A stretch of DNA of 22,622 nucleotides from an uncultured Pseudomonadota bacterium (GTDB lineage Bacteria > SAR324 > NAC60-12): positions 1 through 22,622 of the forward strand of contig CAJWCD010000050.1 in NCBI GenBank assembly GCA_913020725.1, written 5' to 3'. Below the pieces are notes generated by a model. The model was not told the origin of the DNA. It saw only the letters and a program-made list of their open reading frames with translations, and ran no database searches. The translations under genes were made by a program, and so were the position numbers. Of the stretch, positions 8,250 to 17,009 are shown one piece after another (the first letter of the stretch is position 1; every line of letters begins with the position of its first letter).

Positions 8250-9680
8250 TCAGGATCGTTCTTTGACCAGGTTTGTGCGGGCGACGCCATCCCGGATGGC
8301 GGCCTCCTGCACGGCGGCGGCGATTTTGGGCGCGATGGCCGTGTCAAAAACGCTGGGAATGATGTAGTCCGAAGCCAAGTGCTGCGGGTCGATGCTCTCC
8401 GCGAGCGCGTGGGCAGCAGCGAGTTGCATCTCCATCGAAATGGTGGTGGCTCGACAATCGAGTGCCCCCCGGAATATTCCAGGAAAGCAGAGGACGTTGT
8501 TGATCTGGTTGGGGTAATCGCTACGGCCAGTGGCCATCACCGCCACATGCGGATTCGCTTCCTCCGGCATGATCTCCGGATCGGGGTTCGCCATCGCAAA
8601 GACGATGGGGTTCTTGGCCATGCGCTGCATGTCGGAGCCGTCGAGCAGGTTGGGTGCGGAAACACCAACGAACACGTCCGCCCCGGCGATCACCTCCTTG
8701 AGCGTTCCGGACTCCTGCTGGGGATTTGTCTCGTTAGCAAACCACAACTTGGCAGCGCCTTTGAGGTCGGTGCGTCCTTGGTGCAGTGCCCCCTTGCGGT
8801 CGCAGCCGACCAAATTCGTCACGCCCAAGCCAGTGATCATTTGCGCGCACGCGGTTCCGGCGGCTCCGGCCCCGGAGACAACGACCTTGACCGCTGCCGG
8901 TTTTTTCCCGACGAGCTTGAGCGCGTTGATGAGCGCGGCGGTTGTGACCACGGCGGTGCCGTGTTGGTCATCGTGAAAAACGGGGATGTCGAGTTCCGCC
9001 TGTAACCGACGTTCGATCTCAAAACAGCGTGGGGCAGAGATGTCTTCCAGATTGATGCCACCAAATCCGGGAGCGAGCGCCTTGACGATGAGGATGATTT
9101 CCTCCGTGTCCTTGGTGTCCAAGCAAATTGGCCATGCGTCAATTCCGGCGAATTCCTTGAAGAGCATCGCCTTGCCCTCCATCACGGGCATTCCGGCGGC
9201 GGGGCCGATGTCGCCCAAACCCAAAACGGCGGTGCCGTCCGTGACCACCGCGACCGTGTTGCCCTTGATCGTGAGTTTGTACGCTTTGCTGGGGTCTTCG
9301 TGGATTGCCATGCAGACGCGGGCGACTCCAGGCGTGTAGGCAATCGAGAGGTCGTCACGGGTCTTGAGGGGAATGCGGGACTGCACCTCCATCTTGCCGC
9401 GCAGGTGGGCAAGGAACACGCGGTCGGAGTGGTGGAGGTATTCCACACTAGGAACCTTTTTGAGCGCCGCTACGATTTCCTCACCGTGTTCGACATTGCG
9501 AGTTAAGATGCTGATGTCCCGGACGAGGCTCCCGGCCTCTGGGCGCACAAGGTCAATCGCGCCAATGTTACCGCCCATCTCGGAGATGGTGTTGGTGATA
9601 CGAGCCAGCACTCCCACCTCGTTGGAGAGTTTGAGCCGGACAATGATGCTGTTGCTGGCACTGTGGGGTGATTCAGACAT
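8250..9680 (-). CDS. NAD(P)-dependent malic enzyme with an N-terminal ACT domain
   Basis: ACT-like NEVGVLARITNTISEMGGNI. Malic enzyme motifs DLSIAYTPGVA, VTDGTAVLGLGDIG, MEGKAMLFK, INLEDI, FHDDQHGTA, GAGAAG, AMANPDPEI and ATGRSDYPNQINNVLCFPG. AAGGA SD precedes ATG 9680; the ORF track start is 9710. Confidence 0.95.
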   Translation of the reverse strand: MSESPHSASNSIIVRLKLSNEVGVLARITNTISEMGGNIGAIDLVRPEAGSLVRDISILTRNVEHGEEIVAALKKVPSVEYLHHSDRVFLAHLRGKMEVQSRIPLKTRDDLSIAYTPGVARVCMAIHEDPSKAYKLTIKGNTVAVVTDGTAVLGLGDIGPAAGMPVMEGKAMLFKEFAGIDAWPICLDTKDTEEIILIVKALAPGFGGINLEDISAPRCFEIERRLQAELDIPVFHDDQHGTAVVTTAALINALKLVGKKPAAVKVVVSGAGAAGTACAQMITGLGVTNLVGCDRKGALHQGRTDLKGAAKLWFANETNPQQESGTLKEVIAGADVFVGVSAPNLLDGSDMQRMAKNPIVFAMANPDPEIMPEEANPHVAVMATGRSDYPNQINNVLCFPGIFRGALDCRATTISMEMQLAAAHALAESIDPQHLASDYIIPSVFDTAIAPKIAAAVQEAAIRDGVARTNLVKERS

Positions 9681-9788
9681 GGATTCCTTGGTTTGGATGT
9701 GAATGGTCAACGGATGAATGTTTCATTTCTGCCTTTGAGCAACTTCTAAAAACACAGAGTGCTGATGAGCAAACGGCGATTTTAGCAC

Positions 9789-10931
9789 TTAACTGGAAGC
9801 AGCAGGCCGCTCCAGGAACAGGTGGTTGCGGTGAACCACCGGTTTCGATGGTCCTCCGGAGCGGACGTTGGCTTTCGCAGGTCCTGAGTCTTCTGCAAAC
9901 AACTGCTCTTGCAATTCTCGTGACGAAAAACTACTGCGCCCCACACCGAGTTTGGTTCCGGAGGGTCCAAGAATCTCCACGAGGTCCTTGAGGTCAAACT
10001 CCCCTTCCACCTTCGTGATCCCTTTGGCAAGCAGGCTTTTCTTGCGCTCTAGCAGAGCGTGTTCGGCTCCAGCGTCAATGTACAACTGTCCTCGGCTGAG
10101 GGCTCCGGCAGCGAGCCATTTTTGGTAGCTGTTGGCTTTGCGACCTTTGGCAACAAAGTGGGTGCCGCCGCCGCGTCCTTCCAGAATGCCCAGCACACCC
10201 TCCGGACGCTTGCCGTCGAGGATGTGGGCGTGGATGCCAAAATCCATCGCCATGCCCGCGCAGCGCACCTTACTCTCCATCCCGCCTTTGCCGTCACGGG
10301 AAGTCACGGGCAGGCAGAGTTGCAGGAGTTCTTCAGAAAGGTTTTCAACCCGTTCCACCACTTCCGGTTGCTGCGCTCCCACCCCGGTTTTTTCCCGCAG
10401 CAAGCCCGGCGCGACCGTTAGAAACAAAAGCCGATCCGCATCCGCGAGGGCCGCTACATAAACTGCCAACTGGTCGTTGTCACCGAACTGGTTGATCAGC
10501 AACTCGTCGGTGGCTACCACATCGTTCTCATTGACGATGGGCAGGACGTCCGCCTTGAGCAGGTTTTCAAGCGTGTCCCGGATGTTGAGGTAGGAGGCAC
10601 GGGCGCCGAAATCCCCCCGTGTGAGCAAAACCTGCGCGACCGTGATTCGGTGTTCTCGGAAAAAATCAGTGTAAATCTGCATGAGCCGCGCCTGTCCCAC
10701 GGCAGCAAGCAACTGGTGCTGCCGGAGCTGGTCCGTCACGGTTTGCCCCAAATGCAGCAATTCTCGTCCTGCGCCCACCGATCCGGAGGAAACGAGCAGC
10801 ACCTCGTGCCCAAGTATCCGGAGCGAGGCGATCTGTTCTGCGAGTTCGCTGATCAGGTTGTAGTCCAACCGGCCGCTTGGGCGCTGTAGGACATTGGTGC
10901 CAACCTTGAGAACCAAACGCTCACGCTTCAT
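9789..10931 (-). CDS. proB: Glutamate 5-kinase with C-terminal PUA domain
   Basis: VLKVGTN, LVSSGSVGAG, AAVGQARL, AQVLLT, PIVNENDVV, FGDNDQLA and GGMESKV. PUA region IDAGAEHAL...SLLAKGI...VVHRNHL. Confidence 0.95.
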   Translation of the reverse strand: MKRERLVLKVGTNVLQRPSGRLDYNLISELAEQIASLRILGHEVLLVSSGSVGAGRELLHLGQTVTDQLRQHQLLAAVGQARLMQIYTDFFREHRITVAQVLLTRGDFGARASYLNIRDTLENLLKADVLPIVNENDVVATDELLINQFGDNDQLAVYVAALADADRLLFLTVAPGLLREKTGVGAQQPEVVERVENLSEELLQLCLPVTSRDGKGGMESKVRCAGMAMDFGIHAHILDGKRPEGVLGILEGRGGGTHFVAKGRKANSYQKWLAAGALSRGQLYIDAGAEHALLERKKSLLAKGITKVEGEFDLKDLVEILGPSGTKLGVGRSSFSSRELQEQLFAEDSGPAKANVRSGGPSKPVVHRNHLFLERPAASS

Positions 10932-10935
10932 GCGC

Positions 10936-12117
10936 TTAGACCCGTTCGTAAAGCGTCACGACACACGCGCCACCGAGTCCGAGATTGTGCTGCAAGCCGA
11001 TGCGGGCGTTCTCCACCTGCCTCGGCCCTGCGTGTCCCCGGAGTTGCCAGACGAGTTCCGCGCATTGCGCCAAGCCGGTGGCCCCGAGCGGATGCCCCTT
11101 CGAGAGCAAGCCCCCGGAAGGATTCACGACCACGCGCCCGCCGTAGGTGTTGTCGTCTTCCTGAATGAACTTGTCGGCGGTGCCTTCCGGAGTGAGTTGC
11201 AGCGCCTCGTAGGTGATGACCTCGTTTACCGTGAAGCAGTCGTGCAGTTCCACCACATCCACATCCTCCGGGCTGATTCCGGAGCCTTCGTACACTTGTT
11301 GCGCTGCGGCGGCGGCCATCTCGCAACCCACCACCTTCATCAGGCTCTGCTCGTCAAAGGTTGAGGGGAAGTCGGTCGTCATGCTCTGACTGCGGATGAT
11401 CACGCTGCGGTCCAGCCCGTGTTGGTTTGCAAAGGCTGCGGAGCAGACCAACGCCGCTGCCGCCCCGCACGTTGGTGGGCAGCACTGGAGGCGCGTGAGG
11501 CTTCCGTACATCTTGGGGGAGGCCAGCACTTCCTCGACTGAAACCGGATCGCGGAAAATCGCCCTTGGATTCTTGTGTGCGTGGGCACGAGCCTTGACGG
11601 TCACTTTTGCAAAGCTCTCGTCCTGAATCCCGTAACGTTCCTGATACTCCTGTCCTGCACCTCCGAACAGCTTGAGGGCCACCGGAACTTCGGACGCGCC
11701 CTGTGTTGCGGTCGCGGTCTCGTGGAAGCGTTGTAACGGGTCCGGACGATCAGCATTCACCGCGCCCAGCGCACCACGGTTCATCTGCTCAAAACCGAGC
11801 GCGAGGGCGCAGTCCACGGTTCCGGACTCGACCGCCTGCCGCGCCAAGAAGAGCGCAGTGGATCCCGTTGAACAGTTGTTGTTGACATTGATTATCGGAA
11901 TGCCTGGCATGCCCACGCGATAAAGAGCCGCCTGCCCGCAGGTGCTGTCTCCAAAAACATAACCCACATAAGCTTGCTGCACTTTCGTGAAATCCAAACC
12001 CGCGTCTTCCAGTGCCATGCGGGTGGCGTTCGCTCCCATTTCCGGATAATCGTCACTCGTTCCCGGTTTCATGAACGGAATCATCCCGACCCCTGCAATG
12101 TGTACTTTCCCCATCAT
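10936..12117 (-). CDS. SCP2/SCP-x-type thiolase ('lipid-transfer protein' family)
   Basis: GVGMIPF, VNNNCSTGSTA, ALGFEQM, CCPPTCGAAA, ELHDCF, NPSGGLLSKGHPLGATG and QHNLGLGG. SD GAAAGGA lies just upstream. Confidence 0.93.
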   Translation of the reverse strand: MMGKVHIAGVGMIPFMKPGTSDDYPEMGANATRMALEDAGLDFTKVQQAYVGYVFGDSTCGQAALYRVGMPGIPIINVNNNCSTGSTALFLARQAVESGTVDCALALGFEQMNRGALGAVNADRPDPLQRFHETATATQGASEVPVALKLFGGAGQEYQERYGIQDESFAKVTVKARAHAHKNPRAIFRDPVSVEEVLASPKMYGSLTRLQCCPPTCGAAAALVCSAAFANQHGLDRSVIIRSQSMTTDFPSTFDEQSLMKVVGCEMAAAAAQQVYEGSGISPEDVDVVELHDCFTVNEVITYEALQLTPEGTADKFIQEDDNTYGGRVVVNPSGGLLSKGHPLGATGLAQCAELVWQLRGHAGPRQVENARIGLQHNLGLGGACVVTLYERV

Positions 12118-12276
12118 TTCCTTTCAATTTGTGGTGCGCTCTTTTGCATTGAGAAAGTCCTCATTCTTGCCGAAATCCACACGGATGGTCGAGTTCATCT
12201 TATCTATCCTGTCTGATTTATCTAAATTTACCAGCCACACTTTAAGTGAGCGAACGCATTTAGGAGCAGGAAAACT

Positions 12277-12408
12277 GTGCCATCACTAGGAACATCGAGT
12301 CAGCCGCGAGGGTTTGTGGTACCCATCGGAGGGGCCGAGAACAAAAAGCATCCCGTTATTCTGGAGCGCTTCACTGAAACTTGCGGAGGGCGTGGCGCCT
12401 CGATTGGC
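12277..12408 (+). pseudogene. cphB: 5' fragment (~43 codons) of cyanophycinase (peptidase S51)
   Basis: GTG start after AGGAG/AGGA. The translation MPSLGTSSQPRGFVVPIGGAENKKHPVILERFTETCGGRGASI matches the IGGAE..K...IL.RF...GG N-terminus of CphB. Similarity stops before the expected IPTAS motif, and no GxSAG catalytic region follows. Confidence 0.75.
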
Positions 12409-13001
12409 GATCAACGACATCCCTTGCACGATGAAAGGGGCCGCGCTCCACAACATCTCCAACGGCCTCGGGGTGGTGGGCTTGGCAAAAGCCCTCGATT
12501 TTGACACCAATACCATCGTGCAGGCACTGACGAGTTTCCAGAGCAATGCGTCAGACAATCCGGGGCGCGGCAATTTGCTGGACGTGGGGTGCAGGTGCTG
12601 ATCGATTACGCGCATAACGTCCACGGCTTGGAAGCCCTCACGCCCTTGGCGAAAAACCTCCCGGCGAAGCGGCGGCTCGTGATGTTTGGGCAGGTGGACA
12701 ACCATACCCATGTCGAAATCTGCGCCATGACGGAAAGCGTCGCCCGCCTGAAACCTGAACGGGTCGTGATCACTGAAATCCTCGATCACCTACGCGGGAG
12801 TCAGCCCGGCGAGATTCCCGAAGTCATTCACCAAGAACTCCGCCGCCAAGAGATTCCGGAGCAGGTCATCTCCAAATCGATTGACGGTTTGGAGGGCACC
12901 AAAATCGCCATGCAGTGGGCCGAATCCGGAGACCGCTCATCCTCATCCTAGTCACCAAGCGGGAAGCCGTGATGGAATTCCTCTTGTCCTACCCTCCCTG
13001 A
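12404..13001 (+). pseudogene. cphA: 3' fragment of a cyanophycin-synthetase-like Mur-ligase domain, with two internal frameshifts
   Basis: Three consecutive frames: LAINDIPCTMKGAALHNISN...FQSNASDNPGRGNLLDVG; shift near 12589; VQVLIDYAHNVHG...LRGSQPGEIPEVI...AMQWAESGD; shift near 12934; LILILVTKREAVMEFLLSYPP, TGA at 12999-13001. The NPGR, DYAHN, LRGxxPGE and GD+hydrophobic motifs are typical of CphA C-terminal Mur domains. Confidence 0.75.
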
Positions 13002-13163
13002 TGTTAAGCCGACCTCGTATTTTTACTAGGGAGTTCCCCGGGTGGGTTTTCCTTGGGGTATCAGTATACTTTCAAGTTACTTAAATTAGGACGAAGCAGG
13101 GGATCGATCCGCAGCAAGTTCAGGATGAGAGAGAATAATGGCCATCGTTTTTAAACATTGGAC

Positions 13164-13191
13164 TTGAACTTTCCCGGAAATTTTCTATACT
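13164..13191 (+). promoter_or_regulatory. Candidate sigma70 promoter of the acyl-CoA ligase/ABC operon, with a palindrome in the spacer
   Basis: TTGAAC (13164-69), 16 nt, TATACT (13186-91), about 40 nt before the TTG start. The spacer contains TTTCC-C-GGAAA (13170-80). Confidence 0.5.
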
Positions 13192-13229
13192 TTTTCTGTC
13201 ATTTACTCTCTCTTTAGTACGAGCTCACG

Positions 13230-15212
13230 TTGAACCATCCTGCTCCCGAGTGCAACACCATCCCCAAGCTGTTGCTGCACAACGCCGCCCAGCTCGGTGA
13301 TTCTCCAGCCAATCGCGAAAAGGCTCTCGGCATCTGGCAAACCTGGACGTGGTCACAGGTGCGCAAGGAGACCGAACAACTGGCAGGCGGATTGGCGCAG
13401 TTGGGATTCCAGCGCGGGGACAAGCTGGGCATCATCGGGGACAACCGCCCGTACCTGTACTGGGCGATGGTCGCCGCGCAGAGCCTCGGCGGGGTGCCCG
13501 TGCCCCTCTATCAGGATTCAGTTGCCGAAGAGATGGTGTACGTCCTCAGCAACGCCGACATCCGGTTCGCCGTCGTCGAGAATCAGGAGCAGACAGACAA
13601 GCTGCTCGAAATCAAGGACCAGTGTCCGCTGCTGGAGTGGATCATCTACTCAGACCCTCGGGGCATGCGGCACTACAACCACCCCTTCGTGCGCCGCTAC
13701 CTCGACGTGCAGGAGCAGGGGCGGGAGTACGGTCAGGCCAATCCGGGGTTTTTTGAAGCCGAAATCGCCAAGGGAGCCGAGGAAGACTTGGGCATCCTGC
13801 TCTACACCTCCGGAACCACCGGACTGCCCAAGGGGGTGGCGCTCACTTTTGGAAACCTCATTTTCGGCGGACGTTTTGGGGCCGATTTTCACAAATTGAC
13901 CCCGCAGGACGAAGCCCTTGCTTACCTGCCGATGGCATGGGTGGGCGACAATCTTTTCTGCCTTGCACAGTCCTATTACATCGGATTTTGCGTCAGCTGT
14001 CCGGAAAGTCGGGATACCGTCACAACGGATTTACGAGAGATCGGGCCGACCTACTACTTTGCGCCGCCTGCGGTGTTTGAATCGTTGATCACGCGGGTGA
14101 TGATCCGCATGGAAGATGCCGGACGCATCAAGCGCTGGCTCTTCGACACCTTCATGAATGTCGCCAAGCGTTGCGGTACAGACATTCTGAACGGCAAGTC
14201 CGTTTCCTTGTTCGATCGTCTGAGCTACGCGCTGGGCGAATTGCTGGTGTACGGCCCTCTCAAGAACGTGCTGGGCTTCAGCCGCATCCGGCAAGCGTGG
14301 ACGGCAGGCGAGGCGATTGGCCCGGACATCTTCAACTTCTTCCGTTCCCTTGGCATCAACATCAAACAACTCTACGGGCAAACCGAAGCCACTGTGTACA
14401 TCAGCGCGCAACCAGATGGCGAGGTGTTTTCCGACACGACTGGACCTCCGGCTCCCGGAGTGGAACTTCGCATCGTTGATGATGCTGGCAACGACGCGGA
14501 TTTAGGCGAAGTGATTTACCGCAGTGCTGGCGTGTTTCAGGAGTACTACAAGAACCCGGAATCCACGAGCAACACCAAGGATGCCGAGGGTTGGGTGAAA
14601 ACCGGAGACGCAGGCTTTCTCGACAACATGGGGCACCTCAAGATCATCGACCGCATGAAAGACGTGGGCCGCATGAAGGACGGCACTCGCTTCGCCCCCA
14701 AGTACATCGAGAACAAGCTCAAGTTCTTCCCGCAGATCAAGCATGCAGTTTGTTTCGGCGACCAGAAGGAGTTTGCCACCGCCTTTATCAACATTGACCT
14801 TGAGGCCGTCAGCAACTGGGCTGAGCGTCGCAATCTCGCCTATTCCGGATACACGGATCTGGCGGGACGCAAAGAAGTGTACGACCTGATTCAGGAATGT
14901 GTGGAAGCAGTCAATGACGACCTTGTCCGCGATGAACAACTGCGGGGGTCGCAAATCAAGCGCTTTCTTATCCTCCACAAGGAACTCGATCCGGATGACG
15001 GGGAACTGACCCGCACAAGCAAGGTGCGACGCAACACGGTTGACGAGAAATACCACGACCTCATCGCCGCGCTCGATGATCTCCAGATAACCCATCACAA
15101 GGTCGAGGCCGAAGTCACCTTTGAAGACGGCCGCAAAGGCACCCTCAATGCCGATCTGCAAATTCGGGAATGTGTCCACAGTAGCGAACCCACCTATGCC
15201 AAAGCTGCCTAG
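13230..15212 (+). CDS. Long-chain acyl-CoA synthetase (AMP-binding, FadD-like)
   Basis: REKALGIWQTWTW, P-loop YTSGTTGLPKG, YGQTE, KTGDAG, IIDRMKD, PKYIENKLK and ELTRTSKVRR. Confidence 0.93.
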   Translation: MNHPAPECNTIPKLLLHNAAQLGDSPANREKALGIWQTWTWSQVRKETEQLAGGLAQLGFQRGDKLGIIGDNRPYLYWAMVAAQSLGGVPVPLYQDSVAEEMVYVLSNADIRFAVVENQEQTDKLLEIKDQCPLLEWIIYSDPRGMRHYNHPFVRRYLDVQEQGREYGQANPGFFEAEIAKGAEEDLGILLYTSGTTGLPKGVALTFGNLIFGGRFGADFHKLTPQDEALAYLPMAWVGDNLFCLAQSYYIGFCVSCPESRDTVTTDLREIGPTYYFAPPAVFESLITRVMIRMEDAGRIKRWLFDTFMNVAKRCGTDILNGKSVSLFDRLSYALGELLVYGPLKNVLGFSRIRQAWTAGEAIGPDIFNFFRSLGINIKQLYGQTEATVYISAQPDGEVFSDTTGPPAPGVELRIVDDAGNDADLGEVIYRSAGVFQEYYKNPESTSNTKDAEGWVKTGDAGFLDNMGHLKIIDRMKDVGRMKDGTRFAPKYIENKLKFFPQIKHAVCFGDQKEFATAFINIDLEAVSNWAERRNLAYSGYTDLAGRKEVYDLIQECVEAVNDDLVRDEQLRGSQIKRFLILHKELDPDDGELTRTSKVRRNTVDEKYHDLIAALDDLQITHHKVEAEVTFEDGRKGTLNADLQIRECVHSSEPTYAKAA

Positions 15213-15247
15213 TCCCTGACAATCTCGACTCTGATTCTTTGTCTGTA

Positions 15248-16057
15248 ATGAACGAAACTGCTACTGCCGTGATCAACGAAAATCAGATCGGTGACATACT
15301 TCTCCATGTCGATAACGTCAGCGTCTCGTTCGGTGCCGTCCGGGCATTGATTGACATCAGCTTTGCAATCCACGAGCATGAAATCCTTGCCATCATCGGC
15401 CCCAATGGTGCAGGCAAGACAACCATGCTCAACCTCATCAACGGAGTGTACCACTCGACAGAGGGGACCATCACCTTCAAGGGAGAAACCCGGAAACAGA
15501 TGCGTCCGCACCATTCGGCGGTACAGGGCATTGCCCGGACCTTTCAGAACGTGGCGCTTTTCAAGGGCATGAGCACGCTCGACAACATCATGACCGGGCG
15601 CAACCTCAAGATGAAGTCCGGGCTGCTTGCCCAAGCCCTCTACTGGGGTGTAGCCCAACGAGAAGAAGCGGAACACCGTGAGGCCGTCGAGCACATCATC
15701 GACTTCCTTGAAATCCAGCCGATCCGCAAGACCCCCGTGGGACGACTGCCCTACGGGCTTCAAAAGCGTGTGGAGTTGGGACGGGCGCTGGCGATGGAAC
15801 CGGAACTGCTGCTGCTTGATGAGCCGATGGCTGGAATGAACGTCGAGGAAAAAGAGGACATGTGCCGCTTCGTACTTGATGTCAATGACGAATTCGGCAC
15901 CACCATCGTCCTCATCGAACACGACATGGGTGTGGTGATGGACATCTCGGATCGAGTGATGGTCTTGGACTACGGACGCAAAATCGCAGACGGTTCCCCC
16001 GATGAAATCCGGCAAAATCAAAGCGTCATTGATGCCTACCTAGGAGTGACCCACTAA
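15248..16057 (+). CDS. Liv-type ABC transporter ATP-binding subunit (LivG-like)
   Basis: Walker A GPNGAGKT, ARTFQN, LPYGLQKRVELGRAL, Walker B LLLLDEP, IEHDM and C-terminal AYLG. ATG 15248 is preferred over TTG 15239. Confidence 0.93.
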   Translation: MNETATAVINENQIGDILLHVDNVSVSFGAVRALIDISFAIHEHEILAIIGPNGAGKTTMLNLINGVYHSTEGTITFKGETRKQMRPHHSAVQGIARTFQNVALFKGMSTLDNIMTGRNLKMKSGLLAQALYWGVAQREEAEHREAVEHIIDFLEIQPIRKTPVGRLPYGLQKRVELGRALAMEPELLLLDEPMAGMNVEEKEDMCRFVLDVNDEFGTTIVLIEHDMGVVMDISDRVMVLDYGRKIADGSPDEIRQNQSVIDAYLGVTH

Positions 16058-16099
16058 GGTGAATTTTGGATCGCGGAACATAATGAGGATTAAATAGTT

Positions 16100-17005
16100 A
16101 TGATGATGGAGTTGGTTTTCGCCATCGAAGTCCTGATTGCCGGGCTGTTATCGGGCGTGATGTACTCACTGGTGGCTTTGGGTTTTGTTTTGATTTTCAA
16201 AGCATCGGGGGTCTTTAATTTTGCCCAGGGCGCTATGGTTTTGTTCGCTGCGCTCACGTTTGTTCGGATTCTCGAGATGGGTGTGAATTTCTGGCTCGCC
16301 ATCGCAATTTCATCGGTGGTCATGGTCGTTCTGGCGGTTGTCATTGAGCGGGTAATGCTACGGCCGTTGGTGGGTCAGCCAGTGATTATCCTGTTCATGG
16401 CGACGATCGGTCTTAATTATTTTCTCGAAGGCTTGGCGCAGGGTATCTGGGACGCAGAGGTCCACGGTTTGGAAATCGGTATACCGGACGTACCCTGGGA
16501 GGCGGTAATGGAGTCGACAGGAATTTTAATCAGTTTGTTTGACGTCTGGTCTGCTGTAATCTGCGGGGTATTGGTGTTTCTGCTTGCATTTTTCTTTCAA
16601 AAGGGTCGGATTGGCCGTGCCCTTCGTGCGGTGGCAGACGATAATCAGGCGGCCATGTCTGTTGGAATCCCGCTACAACTAATCTGGGCAATCGTCTGGG
16701 CGGCTGCGGGCATGGTGGCGCTGGTGGCGGGCATATTGTGGGGCCAGCGGTTAGGTGTTCAGTTCAGTATCTCGCTGGTTGCGCTGAAAGCTTTACCCGT
16801 GTTGATACTGGGCGGTTTCAACTCGATGGCGGGGGCCATCATCGGTGGTTTGATCATTGGAGCGAGCGAGAAGCTGGCAGAGGTTTACCTCGGTCCGATC
16901 ATCGGTGGGGGGCTGGAATCCTGGGCTGCGTACTTTATTGCGATGCTGTTCCTGATTTTCCGGCCGCATGGCCTTTTCGGCGAAGAGATTATCGAGCGGG
17001 TATAA
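16100..17005 (+). CDS. Liv-type ABC transporter permease (LivH-like)
   Basis: Polytopic membrane protein with YSLVALGFVLIFKASGVFNFAQG, GRALRAVADD, ILGG and RPHGLFG. GAGGA SD upstream. Confidence 0.93.
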   Translation: MMMELVFAIEVLIAGLLSGVMYSLVALGFVLIFKASGVFNFAQGAMVLFAALTFVRILEMGVNFWLAIAISSVVMVVLAVVIERVMLRPLVGQPVIILFMATIGLNYFLEGLAQGIWDAEVHGLEIGIPDVPWEAVMESTGILISLFDVWSAVICGVLVFLLAFFFQKGRIGRALRAVADDNQAAMSVGIPLQLIWAIVWAAAGMVALVAGILWGQRLGVQFSISLVALKALPVLILGGFNSMAGAIIGGLIIGASEKLAEVYLGPIIGGGLESWAAYFIAMLFLIFRPHGLFGEEIIERV

Positions 17006-17009
17006 ATCC

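Noticed and set aside
9736..9772. Direct repeat TGAGCAA, 30 bp apart, upstream of the malic enzyme
   Set aside because: Only 7 bp and two copies, so it cannot be distinguished from chance without orthologous sequences.
12243..12262. Imperfect dyad taagtgagcgaacgcattta between the thiolase and the cph relic
   Set aside because: Symmetry needs a gap and mismatches, which is too weak to call an operator.
12286..12789. 167-aa minus-strand ORF
   Set aside because: Antisense to recognisable cphB/cphA fragments.
14502..16021. 225-aa and 270-aa minus-strand ORFs
   Set aside because: Antisense shadows of the acyl-CoA ligase and the ABC ATPase.
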